From: Candidatus Eiseniibacteriota bacterium
GTDB taxonomy: Bacteria > Eisenbacteria > RBG-16-71-46
Direction: 5' to 3'
Assembly: GCA_046327815.1 (NCBI GenBank)
Contig: JAXLXR010000002.1
Coordinates: 382,422 to 446,421, forward strand
DNA: 64,000 bases
The notes beneath the pieces are model-generated. The model was not told the DNA's origin. It did no database searches and was given only the letters and a program-made list of their open reading frames with translations. The position numbers were made by a program, and so were the translations under genes. Positions 54,237 to 64,000 of the stretch are shown one piece after another. Every line of letters starts with the position of its first letter. Position 1 is the stretch's first letter.

Positions 54237-54642
54237 GTACGCGATCGTCCGCGTGGTGCCGCGCGTCGAGCGCGGCGAGCGCTTCAACGCGGGCGTGATC
54301 GTGTGGTGCCGTTCGCTCGACTGGCTGCGCGCCGGCATCGAGCTGGACCGCGCGCGGCTCGCCGCGCTCGCGCCGGGCGCCGACGTCGCGCTGATCGAGT
54401 CGCACCTCGACGGCTTCACGCGCGTGGCCGCGGGCACGGACGACGCCGGCCCGATCGGCCGGCTGTCCGCGGCCGAGCGCTTCCGCTGGTTGGTCGCACC
54501 GCGCAGCACCGTGATCCAGGTGTCCGAGGTGCACGAAGGACTCTGCGAGGACCCCGACGCGTTCCTCGCGCATCTCATGGCCACGCTGGTCCGAATCCCT
54601 TCCGCGCAGGACACCGCGGGGCCGGAGGCCCCGACCCGATGA
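54214..54642 (+). CDS. DUF3037-family protein
   Basis: FEYAIVRVVPRVERGERFNAGVIVWC matches the characteristic DUF3037 N-terminus. GTG start overlaps the upstream gene end. The stop overlaps the cutA start by 4 bp. Confidence 0.5.
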   Translation: MPEQRSFEYAIVRVVPRVERGERFNAGVIVWCRSLDWLRAGIELDRARLAALAPGADVALIESHLDGFTRVAAGTDDAGPIGRLSAAERFRWLVAPRSTVIQVSEVHEGLCEDPDAFLAHLMATLVRIPSAQDTAGPEAPTR

Positions 54643-54968
54643 CCGAGATGCTGCTCGTCCAGACGACCTTCGCCAACGAAGACGACGCCGCGCGCGCCGC
54701 GCGCACGCTCGTGGAGGAGCGCCTGATCGCCTGCGCGAACATCCTGCCGGGCGCGCGATCGCTCTACCGCTGGGAAGGTGAAGTGAAGGACGAACGCGAA
54801 GTGGTCGTGCTCATGAAGACGCGCAAGCAGGACTGGACGGCCTTCGTCTCGCGCCTGCACGAGCTGCACCCGTACGACACGCCCGAGTGCATCGCCACGC
54901 GCATCGCGACCGGCTCGCCGCGCTACCTGCAGTGGCTCGAGGACTCGCTCGCGCCGGAGGGCGCGTGA
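54639..54968 (+). CDS. cutA: divalent-cation tolerance protein CutA
   Basis: Full-length CutA1 similarity (LLVQTTFANEDDA...LIACANILPGARSLYRWEGEV...VVLMKTR). Confidence 0.8.
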   Translation: MTEMLLVQTTFANEDDAARAARTLVEERLIACANILPGARSLYRWEGEVKDEREVVVLMKTRKQDWTAFVSRLHELHPYDTPECIATRIATGSPRYLQWLEDSLAPEGA

Positions 54969-56005
54969 GCGACCGTCGCCCCGAAGCGCTCGTGCTCGGC
55001 ATCGAGAGTTCGTGCGACGACACGTCGGTCGCCGTGCTCGAGGACGGCGTGACGCTGCGCGCGCACCTGATCGCCGCGCAGGACGTGCACAAGCTGTACG
55101 GCGGGATCGTGCCCGAGCTGGCCTCGCGCGCGCACCTCGAGCTGCTGCCGCGCATGGTGAAGGGCGCGCTGGCGGAGGCCGACGTGCGCCCCGAGGACCT
55201 GACCGCGATCGCGGTCACGCACGCGCCCGGGCTGGTGGGCTCGCTGGTGGTGGGGCTGGCGTTCGCCAAGGCGTACGGCGCCGCGCTGGGCATTCCGGTG
55301 ATCGGGGTCAACCACATCGAGGCGCACCTGCACTCGGCCACGCTCGAGCACGGCGAGCCGCCGTACCCGCACGTGGCGCTGATCGTGTCGGGAGGGCACA
55401 CCGAGCTGGTCGAGGTGAAGGCGTTCGGCGAGTACCGCTGGATGGGCGCCACGCTCGACGATGCGGCGGGCGAGGCCTACGACAAGGTGGCCAAGCGACT
55501 CGGGCTGGGATTCCCCGGCGGGCCCGTGATCGACCGCATGGCGGCCAACGGCCGCCCCGACGCGTTCGCGTTCCCGCGCCCGATGCTCGACCGGCCGGGG
55601 TTCGACTTCTCGTTCTCCGGCCTCAAGACCGCGGTCGGCATCGCGCTCAAGCCGCACGGCGAGCCGCCGTACCCGGACGCGCTCGTCGCCGACCTCGCCG
55701 CGAGCTTCCAGGCGGCGGTGGTCGAGACCGTGGTCGGCAAGAGCATGCGGGCCGTGGACGCCGTGGGGGCGAAGGCGCTCAGCCTGGGCGGCGGCGTCGC
55801 CTGCAACCGGGCGCTGCGTGCCGCCCTGGGCACCGCCTGCGAGCGGCGCGGCATCGCGCTGCGGATTCCCTCGCCGCGCCTGTGCGCGGACAACGCCGCC
55901 ATGATCGCGCTGGTCGGCGCCAAGCGGCTGGCCCGCGGCGAGGTGTCACCGCCCGAGCTGGACGCCGCGGCGTCGCTCGAGGCCTCGGGGCTGGACCTGG
56001 GCTGA
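54965..56005 (+). CDS. tsaD: tRNA N6-adenosine threonylcarbamoyltransferase TsaD (Kae1/YgjD)
   Basis: LGIESSCDDTSVAV, HIEAHL and SGGV motifs with full-length similarity. GTG start overlaps the cutA stop. Confidence 0.9.
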   Translation: MSDRRPEALVLGIESSCDDTSVAVLEDGVTLRAHLIAAQDVHKLYGGIVPELASRAHLELLPRMVKGALAEADVRPEDLTAIAVTHAPGLVGSLVVGLAFAKAYGAALGIPVIGVNHIEAHLHSATLEHGEPPYPHVALIVSGGHTELVEVKAFGEYRWMGATLDDAAGEAYDKVAKRLGLGFPGGPVIDRMAANGRPDAFAFPRPMLDRPGFDFSFSGLKTAVGIALKPHGEPPYPDALVADLAASFQAAVVETVVGKSMRAVDAVGAKALSLGGGVACNRALRAALGTACERRGIALRIPSPRLCADNAAMIALVGAKRLARGEVSPPELDAAASLEASGLDLG

Positions 56006-56191
56006 GGCCCGGCCCCGGCGGCTCCCGCGCCGGGCGGAAAAACCCGCAAGCCCCTGCCATTGGCGGCCGATAACGGCCGCGAGTACCGGTACGGATGGAA
56101 CCCGGGCGCCCATCACGAGGATGGGTGTCCGCTCCCCTGCATTCGCACCGGTGGGGTGCAGTCCCCCCGAAAGGACTCACAGGGAGCCGGA

Positions 56192-57154
<963 letters not shown>

Positions 57155-57180
57155 GCGACACGAGGAATCCAGGAGACCGC

Positions 57181-59526
57181 ATGGACGCGACGCACACTCA
57201 CGGAGCGAGCCTGCTCGAACTGCCGGGCGAGGCGCTGGCGCTGCTCGCCGAGGCCGTTCTCGCGATGCGCACGACCGGCGATCTCGGCGTGTCGTGGGGC
57301 ATCGCGTCGGCGAACGTGCGCCGCGCGCTCAGTGCGGTGGACGCGAAGCTGCTGCGGCTCGACCGCCGCAGCGGTGCGCTGTTCCTGTACGAGGAGTCGG
57401 GCGTCGAGACGCCCTACCTCGCCGAGCACGGCGGTCCGGTCGAGTGGGTCATGCGCCACGACCGCGCCATGTTCGACGACGGCGCCGCGGGCCCGCACGC
57501 CGCGCGCGAGACGCTGCTGTGGCAGCGGCCGCCGGCCGCGCTCGCGACCGTGCCGCTCGTGGCCGGCAACACGCACTACGGCTTCCTGCTCGTGGCGTTC
57601 GACGCCCCGCGCACCCTGTCGGCGGCGGAGCGCCTGCTCGTGCAGTCGCTCGCGGACGCGCTCGCACTGGCGCTCGAACGGCTCGACCTGCTGCACCTGC
57701 TCGACCAGGAGCGCGCGCGCACCGGCGCGGCCGAACGCCGGCTCACGTCGTCGCTCGACTCGGCGTCGGGCCTCATGTCCATCCTGGCCCACGAGCTGCG
57801 CAGCCCGCTGTCGAGCATCAAGGCGTACACCGAGACGGTGGCCGCCAACCTCGACAACGACCGCGCGCCGCGCCGCCGGTTCCTCGAGGTGATCGAGGAG
57901 GAGTGCGACCGGCTGTCGGGCCTGGTGTCCGACGTGCAGGACCTGTCGCGCATCGAAGGCGGCGAGACCACGCTCCGGCTGACGGCGTGCTCGCTGGCCG
58001 AACTCGGCCGCACCGTGTGCGTGGAGCACGCCGACGCCGCCGGCAAGCGCGGCGTGACGATCGCGCTCGAATGCGAAGGCGACTCGCGCATCGAGGTGGA
58101 CACGGCGCTCGTGCGCCGCGTGCTCGGCAACCTGATCCAGAACGCGGTGCAGTTCTCGCCCGAAGGCGGCACGGTGCGCGTGCGCTTCGCGCTGCGCGGC
58201 GAGGAATGGACCTGCGCGATCACCGACGACGGCCCGCCGCTGCCGGCCGAGGACCTCGCGCTGGTGTTCGAAGGCTTCTACCGTGCGCGCCGCCAGCTTC
58301 CCGGCGGCCAGCCGTCGCACGAAGGCACGCGGCTCGGGTTGGCGATCGCGCGCAGCATCGTGCAGCTGCACGGCGGCCGCATGTGGGCCGAGCAGCCGCA
58401 CGCCGCCGAAGGCTCGCAGCAGGGCGCACGCTTCTGCGTGGCGCTGCCCGCGCGCCAGATCGCGTCGCCGCGCGCGCGCCGGATCGCGCGCCAGACCGCC
58501 GGCCGCGCCGACCTCGCCGAGCTGTTCGACGCGATCGTCGAGATGGTCGCGGCCACGCTCGACGCGAGCATCGTGTCGCTCGTGCTCGTGGACCCCGACC
58601 GTGGCGACCTGTTCCTCGCCGCCTCCGTCGGGCTCGACTCCGCGGGCGTCGAAGGCCGCCGCACCACGCTGCGCTCCGGCGTCGCCGGCGCGGTCGCCGC
58701 ATGGGGCCGCCCGGTGCTGGTCGAGAACATCGAGACGGACCGCCGCTTCCGCCGCCTCAACCACCCCCAGTACCACACGAAGTCGCTGCTCTGCGTGCCG
58801 CTGCGCGTGGAAGGCGAAGTGATCGGCGTGGTGAACGCGAACAACAAGATCAACGGCGAGGCGTTCGAGGAGGACGACCTGTCGCTGCTGGTCATGCTGT
58901 CGGAGCGCGTGAGCAGCGCGATCGAGCGCGCGTGCGCGTACCCGGACAGCCGCCGCGTGGTCGAGGACGCGCTCGAGGCCGTGCGCTGCATGACGCGCTT
59001 GAAGCGTGACTTCTCGCTGGGCGGACGCCGCCAGATGAAGCGGGCCCGTGCGGTGGCGCGCGAACTGGGCATGTCGCCCGCGGACGTGGACGTGATCGGG
59101 TACGTGGCCAGCATCCACGACGTCGGCATGGTGCGGCTGGAGGCCGAGACCGCCCACCCGGGCCGCCTCGACGAGCGCCAGCGCAACGCCGTGACCGCCC
59201 ACCCGGAAGTGAGCATCGAGATCCTGCGCCCGCTCGAGTACCTCGGGGTGGTGCGGGACTACATCCTGGGACACCACGAGCGCTGGGACGGCACGGGTTA
59301 CCCCCGCGGCCTGACCGGCGACTCGATCCCGTTGGGGAGCCGAATCCTGGCCGTGGTGGACGCGTGGGAGAGCATGACCACGCCCCGCCCGTTCCGGGCG
59401 CCGCAGGACGTCCAGCAGGCGGCCGCGGAACTGCGCCGGGAGGCCGGCCGGCAGTTCGACGCCGAGGTGGTGGAGGCGTTCCTGCGGGTGCTGGAGAAGG
59501 AAGGCGACCTGCGGGAAGCCGCCTGA
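57181..59526 (+). CDS. multidomain sensor: GAF, HisKA, HATPase_c, GAF, HD-GYP phosphodiesterase
   Basis: H-box LAHELRSPLSSIKAY. ATPase boxes (NLIQNAVQF, DDGPPLP, GTRLGLAIARSIV). Second GAF. HD-GYP motifs (SIHDVGM, HHERWDGTGYPRGL, VVDAWESMTTPRPF). RBS AGGAGA 4 nt before the ATG at 57181. Alternative GTG start at 57151. Confidence 0.8.
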   Translation: MDATHTHGASLLELPGEALALLAEAVLAMRTTGDLGVSWGIASANVRRALSAVDAKLLRLDRRSGALFLYEESGVETPYLAEHGGPVEWVMRHDRAMFDDGAAGPHAARETLLWQRPPAALATVPLVAGNTHYGFLLVAFDAPRTLSAAERLLVQSLADALALALERLDLLHLLDQERARTGAAERRLTSSLDSASGLMSILAHELRSPLSSIKAYTETVAANLDNDRAPRRRFLEVIEEECDRLSGLVSDVQDLSRIEGGETTLRLTACSLAELGRTVCVEHADAAGKRGVTIALECEGDSRIEVDTALVRRVLGNLIQNAVQFSPEGGTVRVRFALRGEEWTCAITDDGPPLPAEDLALVFEGFYRARRQLPGGQPSHEGTRLGLAIARSIVQLHGGRMWAEQPHAAEGSQQGARFCVALPARQIASPRARRIARQTAGRADLAELFDAIVEMVAATLDASIVSLVLVDPDRGDLFLAASVGLDSAGVEGRRTTLRSGVAGAVAAWGRPVLVENIETDRRFRRLNHPQYHTKSLLCVPLRVEGEVIGVVNANNKINGEAFEEDDLSLLVMLSERVSSAIERACAYPDSRRVVEDALEAVRCMTRLKRDFSLGGRRQMKRARAVARELGMSPADVDVIGYVASIHDVGMVRLEAETAHPGRLDERQRNAVTAHPEVSIEILRPLEYLGVVRDYILGHHERWDGTGYPRGLTGDSIPLGSRILAVVDAWESMTTPRPFRAPQDVQQAAAELRREAGRQFDAEVVEAFLRVLEKEGDLREAA

Positions 59527-59535
59527 CCCAGGCAA

Positions 59536-59606
59536 ATACCGGGCAGGGGGCACTCAAGCTGGCGAAGTGCACGGCCGATACCGGGCACGTATGGGAACAC
59601 CGGGCA
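59536..59606 (+). promoter_or_regulatory. three direct copies of A(T/C)ACCGGGCA in the intergenic region upstream of the CheY-like gene (candidate regulator-binding sites)
   Basis: Copies at 59536-59545, 59578-59587 and 59597-59606, with spacings of 42 and 19 bp. They lie 60-130 bp upstream of the ATG at 59668. Confidence 0.3.
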
Positions 59607-59667
59607 TGGTCCCGGTCGCGTCTTTCGAACGCCGGTCACGGAGTGGACCGGTTCAGGAGGTGAGGGC

Positions 59668-60066
59668 ATGGCGAAGGGCAAGATCCTGGTGGTGGACGAC
59701 GAGATCTACATCGTCCACATCCTGGACTTCAGCCTGGGCATGGAAGGCTACGAAGTCCTGACCGCGCTGGACGGCGAGCAGGCGTTCGAAAAGGCACGCG
59801 CCGAGAAGCCCGACCTCATCGTGCTCGACATCATGATGCCCAAGCTCGACGGCTATGAGACGTGCAAGCTGCTCAAGGCCGACGAGACCACGAAGCACAT
59901 CCCGGTGATCCTGCTGTCGGCCAAGGGCCGCAACGTGGACCAGAAGGTGGGCTTCGAAGTGGGCGCGGACGACTACATCACCAAGCCCTTCAGCCCGCGC
60001 AAGCTGGTCGAGCGCATCAACGCGATCCTGGGGCAGGGCTCGACGCAGCAGCGCATGCAGGCGTAG
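59668..60066 (+). CDS. single-domain (CheY-like) response regulator
   Basis: RBS CAGGAGGTGAGGGC followed by ATG. Receiver motifs (ILVVDDE, LIVLDIMMPKLDG, SAKG, KPF). Confidence 0.85.
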   Translation: MAKGKILVVDDEIYIVHILDFSLGMEGYEVLTALDGEQAFEKARAEKPDLIVLDIMMPKLDGYETCKLLKADETTKHIPVILLSAKGRNVDQKVGFEVGADDYITKPFSPRKLVERINAILGQGSTQQRMQA

Positions 60067-60225
60067 CGACCAGGCAACGAGTCACACGACGAGTCCCGCC
60101 GACCCGGTGAGAGGGGGAGGCGGGATTCGGCGTTTGGGGCGCCCGCCCGCGCTGTGCCACATTGCGCGCCCGGCGCGCGATCATCGCGGCGCCGGTCCAC
60201 GCGCTCCCGCCGGGTCCCGCTCGTC

Positions 60226-62235
60226 ATGTCCTTCGCACTCGTCGCGCTTTCGGTTCCCGCCCGCCAGCTCTTCACCTACCGCGTGCCCGCGGAGCTGGAC
60301 GGTGCGGCCGTGCCCGGCGCGCCGGTCGAAGTACGCTTCCGCAACCGCCGCATGCGCGGCGTGGTGGTGGAGCGTTCGGCGAAGACGGCGCTCGACGAAG
60401 CCAAGGTCGTCCCGCTCGACAAGGTGCTCGGCGCGCCGGTGCTGACGCCGCACCTGCTCGAGCTGGCGCGCTGGGTGGCGGAGTACTACCTCGCGCCGCC
60501 CGGCGAGGCGATCGCCGCGGCGCTGCCCGGAGGGCAGGACGGCATCGCGCGCAGCCGCGCGCGCAAGGGCGCGGTCGAGGACCGCGTCGTCGGCATGGCG
60601 ATGCCCGAGCGCGTCACGCTGACGCCCGCGCAGCGCGCGGCGACCGCGGCGGTCGAGAAGGCGGTGGCGAAGGGCGGCTTCCAGCCGTTCCTGCTGCACG
60701 GCGTGACCGCGAGCGGCAAGACGGAGGTGTACCTGCGTGCGGCGAGCGCGGCGCGCGACGCCGGTGGGCAGGCGCTCGTGCTGGTGCCCGAGGTGGCGCT
60801 GGGCTCGCAGATCGTGGAGCGGTTCCGCAAGCGCTTCGGCGGCCGCGTGGGCCTGCTGCACTCGTACCTCGGCGTGGGCGAACGCCGCCGCAACTGGGAG
60901 CTGGCGCGGCGCGGCGCGCTCGACGTGGTGGTCGGTGCGCGCTCGGCGGTGTTCGCGCCGCTGCCGAACCTCAAGCTGATCGTGGTGGACGAAGAGCACG
61001 AGAGCGCCTACAAGCAGAGCGAGAAGCTGCGCTACCACGGCCGCGACGTGGCGGTGCGGCGCGCGCAGATGCTGGGCGTGCCGGTCGTGCTCGGCTCGGC
61101 CACGCCCGCGATCGAGTCGCTCGCGAACGCGGCGCGCGGCAAGTACGGGCGGCTGGCGCTGCCCGAACGCGTGGACAAGCGCCCGCTGCCGAGCATCCAC
61201 GTGGTGGACCTGCGCCGCGAGGATGCCGCGAGCGGGCTGCTGAGCCGGCCGCTGGTCGCCGCCGTGGCCGACCGCCTGGCGCGCGGCGAGCAGTCGTTGC
61301 TGTGGCTCAACCGCCGCGGGCATTCGCACCACGTGCAGTGCCGCGGCTGCGGCTGGGCGCCGGAGTGCAGGCGCTGCGACATCACGCTCACGCTGCACGC
61401 CGAGCCGTTCGAGCTGCGCTGCCACTACTGCGATCACCGCGAGATCGCGTACCGCCAGTGCCCCGAGTGCAAGATGCCGCTGCTGCGCTTCGGCGGCGCG
61501 GGCACGCAGCGCATCGAGCGCGAGCTGGCGCAGAAGTTCCCCGGGGCGCGCGTGCTGCGGCTCGACACCGACGTGGCGCGCGGCGATCGCGAGGCGCCCG
61601 CCGCCGTGCTGGCGGCGTTCGCGCGCGGCGACGCCGACATCCTGCTGGGCACGCAGATGATCGCCAAGGGGCTCGACTTCCCGAACGTCACGCTGGTCGG
61701 CGTGCTCGACGCCGACGTGGCGCTGCACCTGCCCGACTTCCGGGCATCCGAGCGCACGTGGCAGCTGCTCGTGCAGGTGAGCGGCCGAGCCGGCCGCGGC
61801 AAGCGCCCGGGCGAGGTGCTCGTGCAGACGTGCACGCCGGACCACGCCGCGATCGCCGCCGTCGGCACCGGCGACACGGCCGGCTTCGTGAAGGCCCTGC
61901 TCGCCGAGCGGCGCGAGGTCGAGTACCCGCCGTTCTCGCGCCTCGTCGCGCTGCTCGTCTCGGGCCCCGACGAAGCCGAGGTCGAGAAGGCCGCGAACGC
62001 GCTCGCCGAACGCGCGCACGCCGTGGCCGACGAGTACGGCGTCACCGTGCTCGGCCCCGCGCCGCAGGCGCTGGCGCGCCTGCGCAACCAGCACCGCTGG
62101 CACCTGCTGCTCAAGGGTCACGACGCTGCGAAGGTCCGCGCCGCCGCGGCCGCCGCGATCGCGTGGGCCGAGGAACCCGGCCGCAAGCTGCGCGTGAAGG
62201 TGATGGCCGACGTGGATCCCGTCGAGGTGCTGTAG
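60226..62235 (+). CDS. priA: primosomal protein N' (PriA helicase)
   Basis: Walker A GVTASGKT. DEEH box VVDEEHE. Cys-rich zinc region (CRGCGWAPECRRCD...CHYCDH...CPEC). C-terminal helicase motifs. Confidence 0.9.
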   Translation: MSFALVALSVPARQLFTYRVPAELDGAAVPGAPVEVRFRNRRMRGVVVERSAKTALDEAKVVPLDKVLGAPVLTPHLLELARWVAEYYLAPPGEAIAAALPGGQDGIARSRARKGAVEDRVVGMAMPERVTLTPAQRAATAAVEKAVAKGGFQPFLLHGVTASGKTEVYLRAASAARDAGGQALVLVPEVALGSQIVERFRKRFGGRVGLLHSYLGVGERRRNWELARRGALDVVVGARSAVFAPLPNLKLIVVDEEHESAYKQSEKLRYHGRDVAVRRAQMLGVPVVLGSATPAIESLANAARGKYGRLALPERVDKRPLPSIHVVDLRREDAASGLLSRPLVAAVADRLARGEQSLLWLNRRGHSHHVQCRGCGWAPECRRCDITLTLHAEPFELRCHYCDHREIAYRQCPECKMPLLRFGGAGTQRIERELAQKFPGARVLRLDTDVARGDREAPAAVLAAFARGDADILLGTQMIAKGLDFPNVTLVGVLDADVALHLPDFRASERTWQLLVQVSGRAGRGKRPGEVLVQTCTPDHAAIAAVGTGDTAGFVKALLAERREVEYPPFSRLVALLVSGPDEAEVEKAANALAERAHAVADEYGVTVLGPAPQALARLRNQHRWHLLLKGHDAAKVRAAAAAAIAWAEEPGRKLRVKVMADVDPVEVL

Positions 62236-62303
62236 CGGAAGCGCGGTGCGCGAGGTGGTCTTGAAGCCACCTCGTTGCGAGCGGTTCGGACCTCAGATTC
62301 CTG

Positions 62304-63194
62304 TTGACGGCCTCGGCGGCCCACCTTCGCTCGGCTCACGGTCCGCCTCGCAGGAGCGCTGGATCGCTGCGAGGTTCGCGCGTGAGCGCAGCGGCCGCGC
62401 CCGACGCCGCAGCCGAAGTCGCACTTCCAGACATGCTCGGGCCTGACACGCCCATGACCGTGCCTGCCCCGGGGCAGGTGAAAACGCACGTCCGCGGCCG
62501 CGTCTTCGAGACCGAGTCCGGTGCGCGCGGCATTCGCGTCGAACTCACCGAGGAAGAGTTCGCCGATTTCGTGAAGGCCCGCGACATGCTCGCGCATGTC
62601 GTGCGCAATGGCGACGCCGCGGAAGTGATTGCCCGAGCACTCAGCCACTACGCCGCGCATCTCGAGAAGAGGCAGTACGGCACGAGGCCCGGATCGCCCG
62701 AGCTCAAGCGCGTGCCCAAGGGTCGTCACATCCCGAAGGCCCTGCGCCGCTTCATCGCCGATCGCGACGGTCGCTGCTGCTCGTTCGTCAGCCCCGACGG
62801 CCATCGCTGCTGCGAGAAACGAGCGCTGCAGGTGGACCACATCGTTCCGCTGTCACAGGGTGGCGAGACGAAGGCCGAGAACCTGCGACTGCTCTGTGCC
62901 CACCACAACCGCCACGAAGCGGCGAAGCGCATCGGCGAAGAGAAGATCGCCGCAGCCCGCGAGCAGCACGATCGCGCTGTCGCCGAGCAGAAGAAGGCCC
63001 GGGAAGAAGAAGCCGCACGCGCACTCGCCCGGCGCGAGAGCGACGCCGACCTGATGTCCGCACTGAAGTCGCTCGGCATGACACGCGAACAGGCGGAGAT
63101 CGCCATCGAACGCACGATGCACCTGGCACTGGGCAGGATCGAGGACCGCGTGCTTGCTGCCCTGAAAGAGCGAGGCAAGGGCATCGCCGCCTGA
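62304..63194 (+). CDS. HNH endonuclease-domain protein
   Basis: HNH core DHIVPLSQGGETKAENLRLLCAHHN with flanking Cys pairs (RCCSF, HRCC). The start is ambiguous (TTG 62304, or ATG 62433 or 62454). Confidence 0.6.
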   Translation: MTASAAHLRSAHGPPRRSAGSLRGSRVSAAAAPDAAAEVALPDMLGPDTPMTVPAPGQVKTHVRGRVFETESGARGIRVELTEEEFADFVKARDMLAHVVRNGDAAEVIARALSHYAAHLEKRQYGTRPGSPELKRVPKGRHIPKALRRFIADRDGRCCSFVSPDGHRCCEKRALQVDHIVPLSQGGETKAENLRLLCAHHNRHEAAKRIGEEKIAAAREQHDRAVAEQKKAREEEAARALARRESDADLMSALKSLGMTREQAEIAIERTMHLALGRIEDRVLAALKERGKGIAA

Positions 63195-63311
63195 GGTGCT
63201 TTCGTCGCCCGCCCGTGCCCCCCGCGGAACGCCGGTAAGAACCCGACCACGGGTGCGACCGCGGCTGGCGCGGGCCGCGCGAGCGTGCGGGCGTCCCGGA
63301 TTCGGCGGGGA

Positions 63312-64000
63312 CTACTCCCGCCCCAGCAGCAGGAAGCCGGCGAGCACGATGAGCGCGGCGCCGGCGACGCGTACGGCGACGCGCTGTTCGCGGAACAGCG
63401 AGCCGGCGGCCAGCGAGGCGTACACGATGGACGTGCGCTTGGTCGCCAGCACGAGCGCGACCGGGCCGGCCTTGGTGGCGAGCAGCTGGAACCAGCGGTA
63501 GCCCAGCGTGAGCGCGCCGATCGTGAGCAGGAGCGGCCAGTGTTCGCGTGCGCGTGCGGCGAGCAGTGCGGGGCTCGTGCGGCGGACCAGCAGCATCGCG
63601 CCGAACAGCGCCACGTACAGCACGTGCTGGTGGAACAGCACGGCGAACGGCGGCACCTTCATGCCCGACACGAGCAGCTTGTCGGCGAGCGCGGTGCAGG
63701 CGAACAGCAGCAGCGCGCCGATCACGTCGCGGTGCTTGGCGGTGGTGATCGCCTCGCGCCACGCGGCGCCGAGCCCGCGGCCGTCGCGGGCTTCGAGCAG
63801 CCCGGTGCCGCCCATGACCAGCGCGAGGCCGCCCCATTCGAGCGGCTTCAGTCCCTGGTGCAGCACGAACGGCGCGAGCATGGCGACCACAGCAGGCGTC
63901 AGCCCGAGCAGCGGAAGCGCGTTTGAAAGCTCGTTGCGCTCGAGCGTACGCATGACGAGCAGGAACGCGACACCGGACAGGACGCTCTTGAACGCGAGCA
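63312..64000 (-). CDS. EamA/DMT-family transporter, C-terminal part (the gene probably continues past the window end)
   Basis: Multiple TM helices with EamA-like composition. The ORF is open to the window edge. Confidence 0.5.
   Translation of the reverse strand, partial: LAFKSVLSGVAFLLVMRTLERNELSNALPLLGLTPAVVAMLAPFVLHQGLKPLEWGGLALVMGGTGLLEARDGRGLGAAWREAITTAKHRDVIGALLLFACTALADKLLVSGMKVPPFAVLFHQHVLYVALFGAMLLVRRTSPALLAARAREHWPLLLTIGALTLGYRWFQLLATKAGPVALVLATKRTSIVYASLAAGSLFREQRVAVRVAGAALIVLAGFLLLGRE

Noticed and set aside
53457-54642. Calling the HipA-like/DUF3037 pair a toxin-antitoxin system
   Set aside because: The downstream gene (DUF3037) is larger than typical HipB-like antitoxins and lacks an HTH. 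The pair is also translationally coupled to the essential tsaD gene. A TA identity is therefore not supported by sequence alone; I kept it as a kinase/partner module of unknown function.
56006-56040. GC-rich inverted repeat (CCCGGCG-gctcccg-CGCCGGG) after tsaD as an intrinsic terminator
   Set aside because: The stem is followed by an A-run (GGAAAAACCC) rather than a U-run on the coding strand, so it does not fit a canonical rho-independent terminator. It is possibly just a GC hairpin.

Overview
This is a very GC-rich (roughly 70%) bacterial chromosomal segment with tight gene packing and many 1-4 bp start/stop overlaps; at this GC content nearly every antisense frame is open, so most track ORFs were discarded as shadow ORFs. 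About 48 genes can be supported.

Housekeeping genes: rsgA, mtnA-mtnB, msrA, ppiB-like cyclophilin, PiT plus a PhoU-like protein, cutA, tsaD, priA, and an M32 carboxypeptidase.

Three large secreted proteins share a roughly 75-aa C-terminal Por/T9SS-type (FlgD-Ig-like) sorting domain: a two-repeat giant protein, an IPT/TIG-repeat protein, and a GH13 amylase-NHL fusion. This suggests an FCB-group or Gemmatimonadota-like host, although no secretion-machinery genes are in the window.

Signal transduction is unusually dense:
- a MASE1 hybrid histidine kinase (HK);
- a five-gene operon (SBP-like protein / hybrid HK / YfiR-like protein / hybrid HK / hypothetical) in which the two kinases share a 727-bp catalytic-core repeat with only synonymous differences;
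- an Aer-type PAS protein translationally coupled to a soluble MCP signalling domain;
- a GspE/PilB-type ATPase with a C-terminal receiver domain;
- an ECF sigma / small ORF / MscS operon;
- a REC-GGDEF protein followed by a GAF-HK-GAF-HD-GYP protein and a CheY-like regulator.

The candidate I consider most worth follow-up is a short HipA-like kinase plus a DUF3037 protein translationally coupled into the cutA-tsaD operon. No CRISPR array, tRNA, rRNA or transposase was recognised. All coordinates come from manual reading of the sequence and frames. Starts are uncertain by a few codons in several genes, and GTG/TTG starts are common.
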